A DNA stretch of 64,000 nucleotides from an uncultured Methanosarcinales archaeon (GTDB lineage: Archaea > Nanobdellota > Nanobdellia > Woesearchaeales > CAYMBN01): contig CAYMBN010000001.1 of assembly GCA_964388715.1 (NCBI GenBank), forward strand, positions 200,962 to 264,961, written 5' to 3'. A model generated the notes under the pieces. That model did no database searches. It was not told the DNA's origin and was given only the letters and a program-made list of their open reading frames with translations. How positions within the stretch are numbered: the first letter of the stretch is position 1; the number at the start of each line of letters is the position of its first letter. Below are positions 8,431-16,126 of this stretch, piece by piece. Made by a program: the position numbers and the translations under genes.

Positions 8431-9783
8431 TTACTGTTTAGTGACAATGCCTTTGTCTGCGTTGACTTCAACAATATCACCATCTCTTAATGCTCTGGTG
8501 GCTATCTTTGTTCCGATGATGCATGGCTTTTTCATTTCTCTTGCTATGATTGCTGCATGACATAAGATTCCACCTTCGTTTGTTACAAATGCTGCTGCAC
8601 GTTCCATTGCAGGTACAAATTCTGGGATTGTCATTGATGCAACTAAGATGTCTCCTGGTTTTACTTTTCTTATGTCTGAGATTTCTTGGATAATTTTAAC
8701 AGTGCCTTTTGCATATCCTGCAAAAGCTGTGCTACCTTTGATTTCTTTGATACCTGTTATTGATTCATCTTTTAGGTTTTTGATTATTTCTACTGACATT
8801 ACACCATCTTGGCTTAGAAAAGATATGTTTTTTTGTTGAAGTCTTTGTTTGAATTGGTTTTGGTCAGTATATTTGTTGTTTAATAGGTTGATTATTTCAT
8901 GGAATAGCATGTTTCTTACAATTTGGTAATCCCATTCTGTTTGTTTTGATATTTCTTTTAGTAAATAAGACATGTAAAAGGATGATTTTAGGAAAAGGTT
9001 CATTCTGTGGGTTCTGAAGTAGACATATGTTTTGACTAGTTCAACATAATCAGGATCTATATTGATTTTTTTTATTATTTCTTGTGATTTTAATTTGATT
9101 TCTTGTTTTTTTTCTTTTATTGATTTTTTTGAGATTTCTTTTTTGAGTCTTGATTCTATTTGTTCTTTGGTTAAAGCTTCTCCTGACCTTCCTTGAAATA
9201 TCCAGCCCCATTTTTTTATGTGATTGTCTATAGGGGTTTTGTTAATTTGAATATCTCTTAGTTCATCAAGTTCTTGCTCTGTTTCGTCGATAAGTTCTGT
9301 TGTTGTTAGGATCTGGAAATATTCTTTTTGTAGGTCTGGGTTAGGTTCTTTCTCATTTATCATTAATCTAAGGTTTGTTTCAATAACAGGTTCAATTACA
9401 TTAGCAATTACTAAAGCTGGTGAGTAGTCTCTTGCAAGGTTTTGGATTGTTATTATTGCTTGTTTTAGTTCTTGTTTTGAGTTAAAGGTTTTGTTTTGGA
9501 GTGTTAAACAATAGTTTACTAGTTTGTTTCCTAAGAAACCTAGTTTTTTTGTTAAGTTAATGAAATATCTTGGAGTTTTTTCTTTTAATTGTTTTTTTAT
9601 GATTTCAACTCCTTGCTTGAATTCATGATCCTTATATCCTATTTCATAGCAATAATTTCTGAATGCATTTACTCCTAGTTTAAATCCAAGAATTTCTTTA
9701 CATTTTTCATCATATACTCCTAAGGAAACTAAATCTAGGAAAGTTACAATGTTTTTTCTTTCTCCTATTTTCATCCATTTCAT
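8431..9783 (-). CDS. PEP-utilising enzyme mobile (phosphohistidine swivel) domain protein with helical N-terminal region
   Basis: GDILVASMTIPEFVPAM...TNEGGILCHAAIIAREMKKPCIIG; no ATP-grasp domain evident. Confidence 0.88.
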   Translation of the reverse strand: MKWMKIGERKNIVTFLDLVSLGVYDEKCKEILGFKLGVNAFRNYCYEIGYKDHEFKQGVEIIKKQLKEKTPRYFINLTKKLGFLGNKLVNYCLTLQNKTFNSKQELKQAIITIQNLARDYSPALVIANVIEPVIETNLRLMINEKEPNPDLQKEYFQILTTTELIDETEQELDELRDIQINKTPIDNHIKKWGWIFQGRSGEALTKEQIESRLKKEISKKSIKEKKQEIKLKSQEIIKKINIDPDYVELVKTYVYFRTHRMNLFLKSSFYMSYLLKEISKQTEWDYQIVRNMLFHEIINLLNNKYTDQNQFKQRLQQKNISFLSQDGVMSVEIIKNLKDESITGIKEIKGSTAFAGYAKGTVKIIQEISDIRKVKPGDILVASMTIPEFVPAMERAAAFVTNEGGILCHAAIIAREMKKPCIIGTKIATRALRDGDIVEVNADKGIVTKQ

Positions 9784-9840
9784 TTTAATACCTGAAAACT
9801 TACTGTTTTATTTAAATTTAGCCAAGATATATTAATATTA

Positions 9841-9859
9841 GTGCCCCCTTAGGGTGCAC
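9841..9859. promoter_or_regulatory. GC-rich imperfect palindrome, probable TrmB-family operator between divergent genes
   Basis: GTGCCCCCT-T-AGGGTGCAC (8 of 9 bp symmetric) in an otherwise AT-rich spacer. Confidence 0.55.
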
Positions 9860-9900
9860 CAATAGTAAGATTTATATATTAGAATGGATTATTGTATATT

Positions 9901-10638
9901 ATGAAGTTGCTTAGAGAGATTGGATTGACTGATTCAGAAGTAAAGGTGTATCTTGCTTTGTTGGAATTAGGTAGTTCTAAAAAGGGTAGGATTGTGAAGA
10001 AGGCTGGGATTACGTCTTCTAAAGTGTATGAGGTTGTTGATAAGTTGATTGAGAAAGGTCTTGCAAGTTATGTTATCAAGAATAAGGTTAAGCATTTTAG
10101 TGCTGCGCCACCTTCTAGGATTAAAGATTACCTGATTGAGAAGGAGGATAGGTTAAAGAAGCAGGAGCAAGAGTTTGAAAATATATTGCCTGGTTTGGAA
10201 TTAAAGCAGAAGCTTGTTAAGAAAGGAACTGATGCAGAGGTTTATCGTGGTTGGAAAGGGATGCAGACTGTTTATAATGATTTGTTAACTAGTTTGAAGA
10301 AAGGAGAAGAGTATTATATTGTTGGTGCTAGCAAAGGAATGGATGAGAAAAGAGTAAAATCGTTTTTTATTAGGTTTAATCAGAGAGTTGTTAGGAAGGG
10401 ATTAAAGGTTAAGATAATATTTAATGAAAATGCTAGAGGTAATATACCTAATGTTGGGAAAACTGGCAAGGTAAGGTATCTTGATCAGACAACTCCTGCT
10501 GAGATTTTAGTGTATAAGGATAAGGTTGGGATTGTGTTGCTTGAGAAAGAACCTTTGGTTGTTTTGATAAGTGGTAAGAGTGTTGCGAATTCTTTTAGGG
10601 CGTACTTTGATGTTATGTGGGTTATGGGGAAGAAGTGA
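9901..10638 (+). CDS. TrmB-family transcriptional regulator
   Basis: LREIGLTDSEVKVYLALLELG...SKVYEVVDKLIEKGL; C-terminal effector domain ending FDVMW. Confidence 0.92.
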   Translation: MKLLREIGLTDSEVKVYLALLELGSSKKGRIVKKAGITSSKVYEVVDKLIEKGLASYVIKNKVKHFSAAPPSRIKDYLIEKEDRLKKQEQEFENILPGLELKQKLVKKGTDAEVYRGWKGMQTVYNDLLTSLKKGEEYYIVGASKGMDEKRVKSFFIRFNQRVVRKGLKVKIIFNENARGNIPNVGKTGKVRYLDQTTPAEILVYKDKVGIVLLEKEPLVVLISGKSVANSFRAYFDVMWVMGKK

Positions 10639-11478
10639 TTATTCTTTAGATTGTTCTTCAAGTACTTGACCAAGGTTTTTTCCACCTGTACAAGTTTTTA
10701 CTAATTTTTGGTATGCTTCTCTTGTATAAAGTTGGGCTTGAGATTCTGTAACATAATCAACACCTTTTTCTTTGGCAATCAATGCTAATGCAATTCCTTG
10801 TAATCCATAACTTATTTCATTCATTAAGAGTTGATGAGGTAAATAATTAGCAATTGCTAGTTCTGTGCATTCTTCACTTCCACAAACATAAACTCTTCCT
10901 GCAATCCCAATAAGACAGGGTTTATAGTAAAAAAAGTGTTTGTTATCCTCTTGATTACTAGAAACAATTATTGCTTCACCACAGTATCCACAAAGAGAAT
11001 TGCGTGTTTTTCTATCATTTATTAATTCTGTATTTAATATTTTCCTTCTTAATTTTGGGGGTACTTCATGCATATCCTTTACCAACTTTTGACTTACACC
11101 ATCTTCTTCCTTATAATTAAATCTTGAACCTAGCCAATAATCGTCTTTTACTTCTGGATAAAAATAAGTAGGACATGGAGTTACTTTGTGTTCTTGTCTA
11201 TGTAACTTTAAAGCATTATTATAATCTAGGATTGCTTTTTCAAGTTTTCCAACAATCTTTTCATCTCTTCTGTTTTGCAACCAATGAATTGTAATATGAT
11301 CTGGTAGTTTTAGTTTAGAAGCTATCCTATACCACAATCTATTATTAAAAGCTTCTTCAAGTTTTCCAATCTGTCTAGAATATTTAATAAGTCTTTGCCA
11401 TTCTGGAGTTCTTTTTAGCTCTTCAACTGGTTCTAAGATCTTTTCTAATTCTTTTTTAGGAAAGTCTTCAAATCTCAT
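10639..11478 (-). CDS. Hypothetical protein with putative Zn-binding cysteines
   Basis: 279-aa ORF with CGYC ... VCGSEEC. Confidence 0.65.
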   Translation of the reverse strand: MRFEDFPKKELEKILEPVEELKRTPEWQRLIKYSRQIGKLEEAFNNRLWYRIASKLKLPDHITIHWLQNRRDEKIVGKLEKAILDYNNALKLHRQEHKVTPCPTYFYPEVKDDYWLGSRFNYKEEDGVSQKLVKDMHEVPPKLRRKILNTELINDRKTRNSLCGYCGEAIIVSSNQEDNKHFFYYKPCLIGIAGRVYVCGSEECTELAIANYLPHQLLMNEISYGLQGIALALIAKEKGVDYVTESQAQLYTREAYQKLVKTCTGGKNLGQVLEEQSKE

Positions 11479-11516
11479 TTACATAGAATAAAAAGTTAGA
11501 GTTTATAAATGTTTTG

Positions 11517-12833
11517 TTACTGTTTAGTAATTAAACCTTTCTCAGCATCAAGTTCAATCTTTTGGTTGTCTTTGAGTATTTCTGTTGCGTTTTTGACTCC
11601 AACTAAGCATGGAATGTTAAATTCTCTGCTCACTATTGCTGCATGACTTCCAAGACCACCTCTATTTGTGATTATCCCTGCTGCTCTTCTCATTGCAGGT
11701 ACAAAGTCTGGAGTTGTTTCTGGTGCAACAAGAATGTCACCTTTGTTGACTTTGATTATGTCATCTGGGCTGATTACTATTTTTACTATCCCTATTGCTT
11801 TTCCTTTTGAAGCTATTCTTCCTTTGAGTGGCAATTCTGTTTTTGTTGGTTTTTCTAAGAATTGTTCAAGAATTTTGTCTACTTCTTTGCCTGAGATGAT
11901 GATTTCTTTGTTGTCTATTGGAATTGTTCCTGTTTTTTGTTTTCTGGATTCAATATCTGGTCTTTTGAATAATGTTGGGTTTTCTAAGCCTTGCATTATT
12001 TCATCATAACTTAACCATAAATAGTCATTTTCTTTTAGATTAAGGATCTTGTTTGCTTGTTTTAGTTTTGGTGTTATATTATGTTGCAAAAAACCAGATG
12101 TTTCTGCCATATATGTTCTTGCAAATACAACAAAACAAGCTAGTTTTACTTTGTCTTTTAGTTCTTCTGGGATCTTTATTTCTGGTTCTTGTTGTTTTGT
12201 TCTTAGATGAAAACCATTGATAAATGATTCTACAGAATATGGTTGGCCAACAAAATGATGGACTCCGCAGAATTCAAATTCTTTAACGTGTTGTTCTATT
12301 TCTTGCATTATATCATCTGGTTTTATTCCTAGTTTGTTTATTTTTTGATATAATTTCGAAGCTTGTTCATATTGTTGTACTAAAAAAGGTTTTCTTGATG
12401 GTTTTATTCCCTGGCTTATTTTTTGGAAATCATATCCTTTGTTTTTACATATAGTTTCTATTTCTTTGGTGATAATATAATCCAATATAACAAAGAAAAC
12501 CCATGCATCTGTCATTTTTGCATATAGTTTTCTGAAATTTTTTAGAGAATCTATTAGATTTAGGTTAAGGTTGATGTTTTTTCTACATTCTTGGTGAACA
12601 TCATCAGCCCATTTTTCTAGAACTTGTATTTTATTTGGGTTGATAAACTTTCTAATAATTTTAATATCATTTTTTCTTAGAAATGAGTAACCATATAATA
12701 TTATAGCTCTTCCATCTAACTTAGGAATGTCGAAAGGGTAATTGTTTTGAGACCAATTGTTCCATAGGCAGTCTGATAAAGTGGGTTGTACCCATTGACC
12801 CATGTTGACCCATTCTGATTTGTTGAATTTCAT
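11517..12833 (-). CDS. Second PEP-utilising mobile-domain protein
   Basis: GDILVAPETTPDFVPAM...TNRGGLGSHAAIVSREFNIPCLVG. Confidence 0.88.
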   Translation of the reverse strand: MKFNKSEWVNMGQWVQPTLSDCLWNNWSQNNYPFDIPKLDGRAIILYGYSFLRKNDIKIIRKFINPNKIQVLEKWADDVHQECRKNINLNLNLIDSLKNFRKLYAKMTDAWVFFVILDYIITKEIETICKNKGYDFQKISQGIKPSRKPFLVQQYEQASKLYQKINKLGIKPDDIMQEIEQHVKEFEFCGVHHFVGQPYSVESFINGFHLRTKQQEPEIKIPEELKDKVKLACFVVFARTYMAETSGFLQHNITPKLKQANKILNLKENDYLWLSYDEIMQGLENPTLFKRPDIESRKQKTGTIPIDNKEIIISGKEVDKILEQFLEKPTKTELPLKGRIASKGKAIGIVKIVISPDDIIKVNKGDILVAPETTPDFVPAMRRAAGIITNRGGLGSHAAIVSREFNIPCLVGVKNATEILKDNQKIELDAEKGLITKQ

Positions 12834-12926
12834 TAGATGTTAGAAAGGGTCATTTGTTTATTAATTTTTCTTAATATATTCTGGAGTTTAATAATATTTT
12901 AAAAATAATGATGGTTTTTGTTGTTT

Positions 12927-13772
12927 ATGGCAGATTATTCAAAGGATTTGGTTAGGAAGGAGAAGTTTTGTTGGTTTGTTGAAAGACTTGGTAGGTATGT
13001 ATTGCAAACTTACTTTGATGTTCAGTATGAAGGGTTGAAGAATTTTGAAGGGTTGAGGAATAAAGGGTTTGTTTTGTTGCCTAAGCATCAAAGAAGGAGG
13101 GATATTGTTTATGAAGGGATTATGTTTAAGAGGTTTCTTAATGTGTTTGCTTATTTTATGATGAAGAACACTTTTCGTTGGCCATTTGATGTTCTCCAAA
13201 AATGGTTAGGTGGGATTGAGACTTATCAATGGAAGTATTTTAGAAATACTGTTAATGCACGGCTTAAGGCTGGATTTGGAGAAGGAAAGCTAGAAGGAAT
13301 ATTAAAAGAAAAAAGAGATGTAAGAAGAGAGGAAATAAAAGAAGAAGTTAGATCTGAAATGGAGGAAAGGATTGATTTTGTATATGAAATGTTTGCATAT
13401 TTATTAAATAAAGGAGAAGTTGTTGTTATACAACCTGAAGCTACAAGAAAGTTCAGGAAAAAATTAAGTGTAAATAAAGATGTTATGAAAAGATTAGTTA
13501 CATTGCCAGAGCTAGTTAAAGACTCTGTTACATATGTTCCTTTGGATATTTATTATGAAAGGTTGTGGGTGCCTAGGTCTGATGTGATTCTTAAAGTTGG
13601 TGAACCTTTTGAATTGGATTATTTTCCTGAGTTTATGGCTGAAGTGGAAATAAAGAAAGATGATAAAGAAGAAGATGTGTTAGAAAAAAAGACAAAATTA
13701 AGAGAGTTTAGAAAAGAACAGATTAGTGTGTTGGAGGAGCATTTAGAGAAAGAGATTGTGATGAATAAGTAA
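12927..13772 (+). CDS. PlsC-like lysophospholipid/glycerol acyltransferase family protein
   Basis: PKHQRRRD (HxxxxD), QPEATR (block III-like), YVPLDIYY...KVGEP. Confidence 0.7.
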   Translation: MADYSKDLVRKEKFCWFVERLGRYVLQTYFDVQYEGLKNFEGLRNKGFVLLPKHQRRRDIVYEGIMFKRFLNVFAYFMMKNTFRWPFDVLQKWLGGIETYQWKYFRNTVNARLKAGFGEGKLEGILKEKRDVRREEIKEEVRSEMEERIDFVYEMFAYLLNKGEVVVIQPEATRKFRKKLSVNKDVMKRLVTLPELVKDSVTYVPLDIYYERLWVPRSDVILKVGEPFELDYFPEFMAEVEIKKDDKEEDVLEKKTKLREFRKEQISVLEEHLEKEIVMNK

Positions 13773-13807
13773 AATTTATAAAGCATAAGTAAATTAATTC
13801 TATATGT

Positions 13808-13923
13808 GCCGCGGTGGCACAACCTGGTACTGCGCAGGATTGCTAATCCTGTTTCCTCTGGATATGAGGGTTCAAATATCAGAAAGGTTCAAACCTTTCG
13901 GTTTGAAAGTCCCTCCCGCGGCG
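13808..13923 (+). tRNA. tRNA-Ser(GCT) with about 33-nt intron in the T-loop
   Basis: GCCGCGG/CCGCGGC acceptor, CAGGA-TTGCTAA-TCCTG, long variable arm, G73; GAGGG-TTCAAA[intron]T-CCCTC. Confidence 0.9.
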
Positions 13924-13937
13924 TTTCTTAATTTAAA

Positions 13938-14726
13938 ATGAAAATTGCAATAACACAACAGGAAAGTATTAATGAAGATGTTGCTAAGTTAGTTGATTAT
14001 ATTGAGTTAGTGCATGTTGATATGAATGCTGTTCGAGAGTTTTCTAGGTTTAATAAACCTTTTTTATTGCATGCACAGTTTCCAGCTGGTTCTAGTCAAA
14101 CAATTAATTTGTGTGATCCTGATTTTATTAATAAGATTGGACCGATTAAAGAAATCATTGGTATGATTAAGACTCCTTATGTTTCTTTTCATCTTGGTTA
14201 TTGTGCTGAAAAGGTTTTTTCAAAAGGATGGGATCATGCTGATGAAGCACTTTCATCAAGTCTTTCAGCTGAACAGATTGTTATGAGAATTAAAGATAAT
14301 TTAAAATTGCTTAAACTTGATATTCCTATTCTATTAGAAAACCTGGATTATAATGAGACTGGTGCTTACAAACATATATGTGATCCTGTTTTTATTAAAT
14401 GTTTTTTTAAGGATTGTCCTTGTGATATGTTATTAGATATTGGACATATGGTTGTTGCTGCAAAGAATCTTGGTTATAGTGTTGATGATTATTTAGAAAA
14501 GTTGCCTTTGGATAAGGTTGTAGAAATTCATATGTCAAAGCCAAAAGAGGTTAAAGAAGGTGTTTATTTTGATAGTCATGCTAGTATTGATAATGAAGAG
14601 ATTGAATTAGTAAAGAAAATTCTAGAAAAAGCTAAAGGTGTTGAAGTGATTTGTTTAGAAACATTTGGAAATCCTGATGAATTGATTAGAGAATTGGAGT
14701 TGATTAGGGAGAATTTCTGTCACTAG
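13938..14726 (+). CDS. DUF692-family (MNIO-like) TIM-barrel metalloenzyme
   Basis: SFHLG, LLENLDY, LLDIGH, EIHMS, DSH, LE metal-ligand pattern. Confidence 0.75.
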   Translation: MKIAITQQESINEDVAKLVDYIELVHVDMNAVREFSRFNKPFLLHAQFPAGSSQTINLCDPDFINKIGPIKEIIGMIKTPYVSFHLGYCAEKVFSKGWDHADEALSSSLSAEQIVMRIKDNLKLLKLDIPILLENLDYNETGAYKHICDPVFIKCFFKDCPCDMLLDIGHMVVAAKNLGYSVDDYLEKLPLDKVVEIHMSKPKEVKEGVYFDSHASIDNEEIELVKKILEKAKGVEVICLETFGNPDELIRELELIRENFCH

Positions 14727-14953
14727 ACAAACTTATTTGTCGAGTGGGATTTTGATGTTCTAGGTTCTGTGTGTGTTGTTTTCTTTGGATTAGGTTTGTC
14801 ACAACCCACTGGACAAGTGGTGGCGTGAGATATATAAAGGAGTAAGGTTCTATATATATTACATTGTTGAATGGGTTCGGCAAGGTTTCCTTATCCCCTA
14901 AGCACCTTGCCCCAATTCTTTTTCCTACAATGTTTTAAAAGGAGGTGTATAAG

Positions 14954-15082
14954 ATGTCAGTAGATTTAAGTCCAAAAACAATTAATGAACTTTTTAATAA
15001 ACAAATACGTGATCTTACAACAAAAACTGTTGGTAGTTTTGATTATCAGTTTAGTGATAGATGGTTAAAGGTGAGATTATGA
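14954..15082 (+). CDS. 42-aa microprotein MSVDLSPKTINELFNKQ...RWLKVRL
   Basis: Strong AAGGAGGTG site before ATG; own TATA box near 14832. Confidence 0.55.
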   Translation: MSVDLSPKTINELFNKQIRDLTTKTVGSFDYQFSDRWLKVRL

Positions 15083-15183
15083 GACAGACAAATATAAGAG
15101 AATTGTTGTTAAAGTATCAGCCAGAACAATTTTCACATCTAAAAGATCATGGTGATGAGTGGTCCCAGCACCCTGTGTTTTAA
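15079..15183 (+). CDS. 34-aa microprotein MRQTNIRELLLKYQ...EWSQHPVF
   Basis: ATGA overlap with previous ORF and AAGGTGA site. Confidence 0.45.
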   Translation: MRQTNIRELLLKYQPEQFSHLKDHGDEWSQHPVF

Positions 15184-15248
15184 ATCTGTTAGAAACCTCA
15201 AACTTGTTTCAAGTTTGAGCATTCACACTCCCGCAGAGCAATCTGCGT

Positions 15249-15286
15249 TGAAACAAAATGCGACAAGCAAGGAGGTGTTTTATATG
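15249..15286 (+). repeat. 38-nt leader repeat, copy 1
   Basis: TGAAACAAAATGCGACAAGCAAGGAGGTGTTTTATATG identical to 15819-15856. Confidence 0.95.
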
Positions 15287-15463
15287 CAAGAATCAAAAGA
15301 ACATTTTACAAAAAAATGGGAGATTTCTTTAATTGAATTAGAGAATCATATTGGTAAGAAATATAAGGTAACTAAAAGAATTTCTGAGTTGTCTGTAGCA
15401 GAAACAAAGGTTTTTAGTTCTAAGCAGGAAGCAAAAGAACAAATGGAGGAATGGTTAGAATAA
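15284..15463 (+). CDS. 59-aa hypothetical protein
   Basis: ATG preceded by GGAGGTG within the repeat. Confidence 0.7.
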   Translation: MQESKEHFTKKWEISLIELENHIGKKYKVTKRISELSVAETKVFSSKQEAKEQMEEWLE

Positions 15464-15760
15464 TTGATTTATCTTAGAATTCAAAATTTTAATTAATTCG
15501 GGTTGATTATGATGGTAAATATCTGGAATATTCAAAGAAAGTATTTGTTTTTTCATGTATTCACGAGGAAAACGTCTAGCAATCTCAGAACGATGAGAAT
15601 CTTCCATAACAATTACAGTATCTGCCCAGGAAAGTTGTTTTTTGGAAAGAGGTTTTTCATTAAACAAACCAGCAGATTTGGTTTGGAATCTATTCCGAAA
15701 TATGTCAGCAGCTGTCTTGCTGCGGTTCTGGTTTTGGTTACAAACAAAAAGTACTTTCAT
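15455..15760 (-). CDS. Low-molecular-weight protein tyrosine phosphatase-like protein
   Basis: MKVLFVCNQNQNRS (CX5RS P-loop), SAG, WAD, LNIPD. Confidence 0.85.
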   Translation of the reverse strand: MKVLFVCNQNQNRSKTAADIFRNRFQTKSAGLFNEKPLSKKQLSWADTVIVMEDSHRSEIARRFPREYMKKQILSLNIPDIYHHNQPELIKILNSKINQLF

Positions 15761-15818
15761 AAACACATGAAAATGTTTAATAGATATAAATTTTACGCTC
15801 CAGCAGGTTAATCCTGTC

Positions 15819-15856
15819 TGAAACAAAATGCGACAAGCAAGGAGGTGTTTTATATG
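15819..15856 (+). repeat. 38-nt leader repeat, copy 2
   Basis: Identical to 15249-15286. Confidence 0.95.
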
Positions 15857-16123
15857 GAGAACTATAAAGAAACAGGTGTTAATGTACCTGAAAAAAAGTT
15901 TAGCACTGGTGTAATCCAGGCAACTATCTGGAAAAACCAGGCAATAAGAAAGAATGGTGAGGCTTTTGCGTACAGGACTATTTCTCTATGCAGAAGGTAT
16001 AGTGATAAACATGGACAATGGAAATCTACTTCTTCTTTTAGAAGGGATGATTTGCCTAATGCAGCGTTAGTTATTCAAAAAGCATATGAATATATTGCTT
16101 TGAAAGAGAAGGAAGCTGCTTAA
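15854..16123 (+). CDS. 89-aa hypothetical protein, possibly nucleic-acid binding
   Basis: PEKKF...ATIWKN...RRYSDKHGQWKSTSSFRRDDLP; strong ribosome-binding site. Confidence 0.75.
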   Translation: MENYKETGVNVPEKKFSTGVIQATIWKNQAIRKNGEAFAYRTISLCRRYSDKHGQWKSTSSFRRDDLPNAALVIQKAYEYIALKEKEAA

Positions 16124-16126
16124 ATT

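Noticed and set aside
3366..12833. A working PTS-like relay between the HPr-like protein and the two swivel-domain proteins
   Set aside because: The HPr-like domain lacks His15, no Enzyme I PEP-binding barrel or EII genes are present, and housekeeping genes separate them.
14721..14820. CACTAGACAAAC-like words (14721, 14807 and reverse near 21702) as a mobile-element end
   Set aside because: Only 10-12 bp matches, no target duplication or transposase; the intervening genes are core genes such as topA and ftsY.
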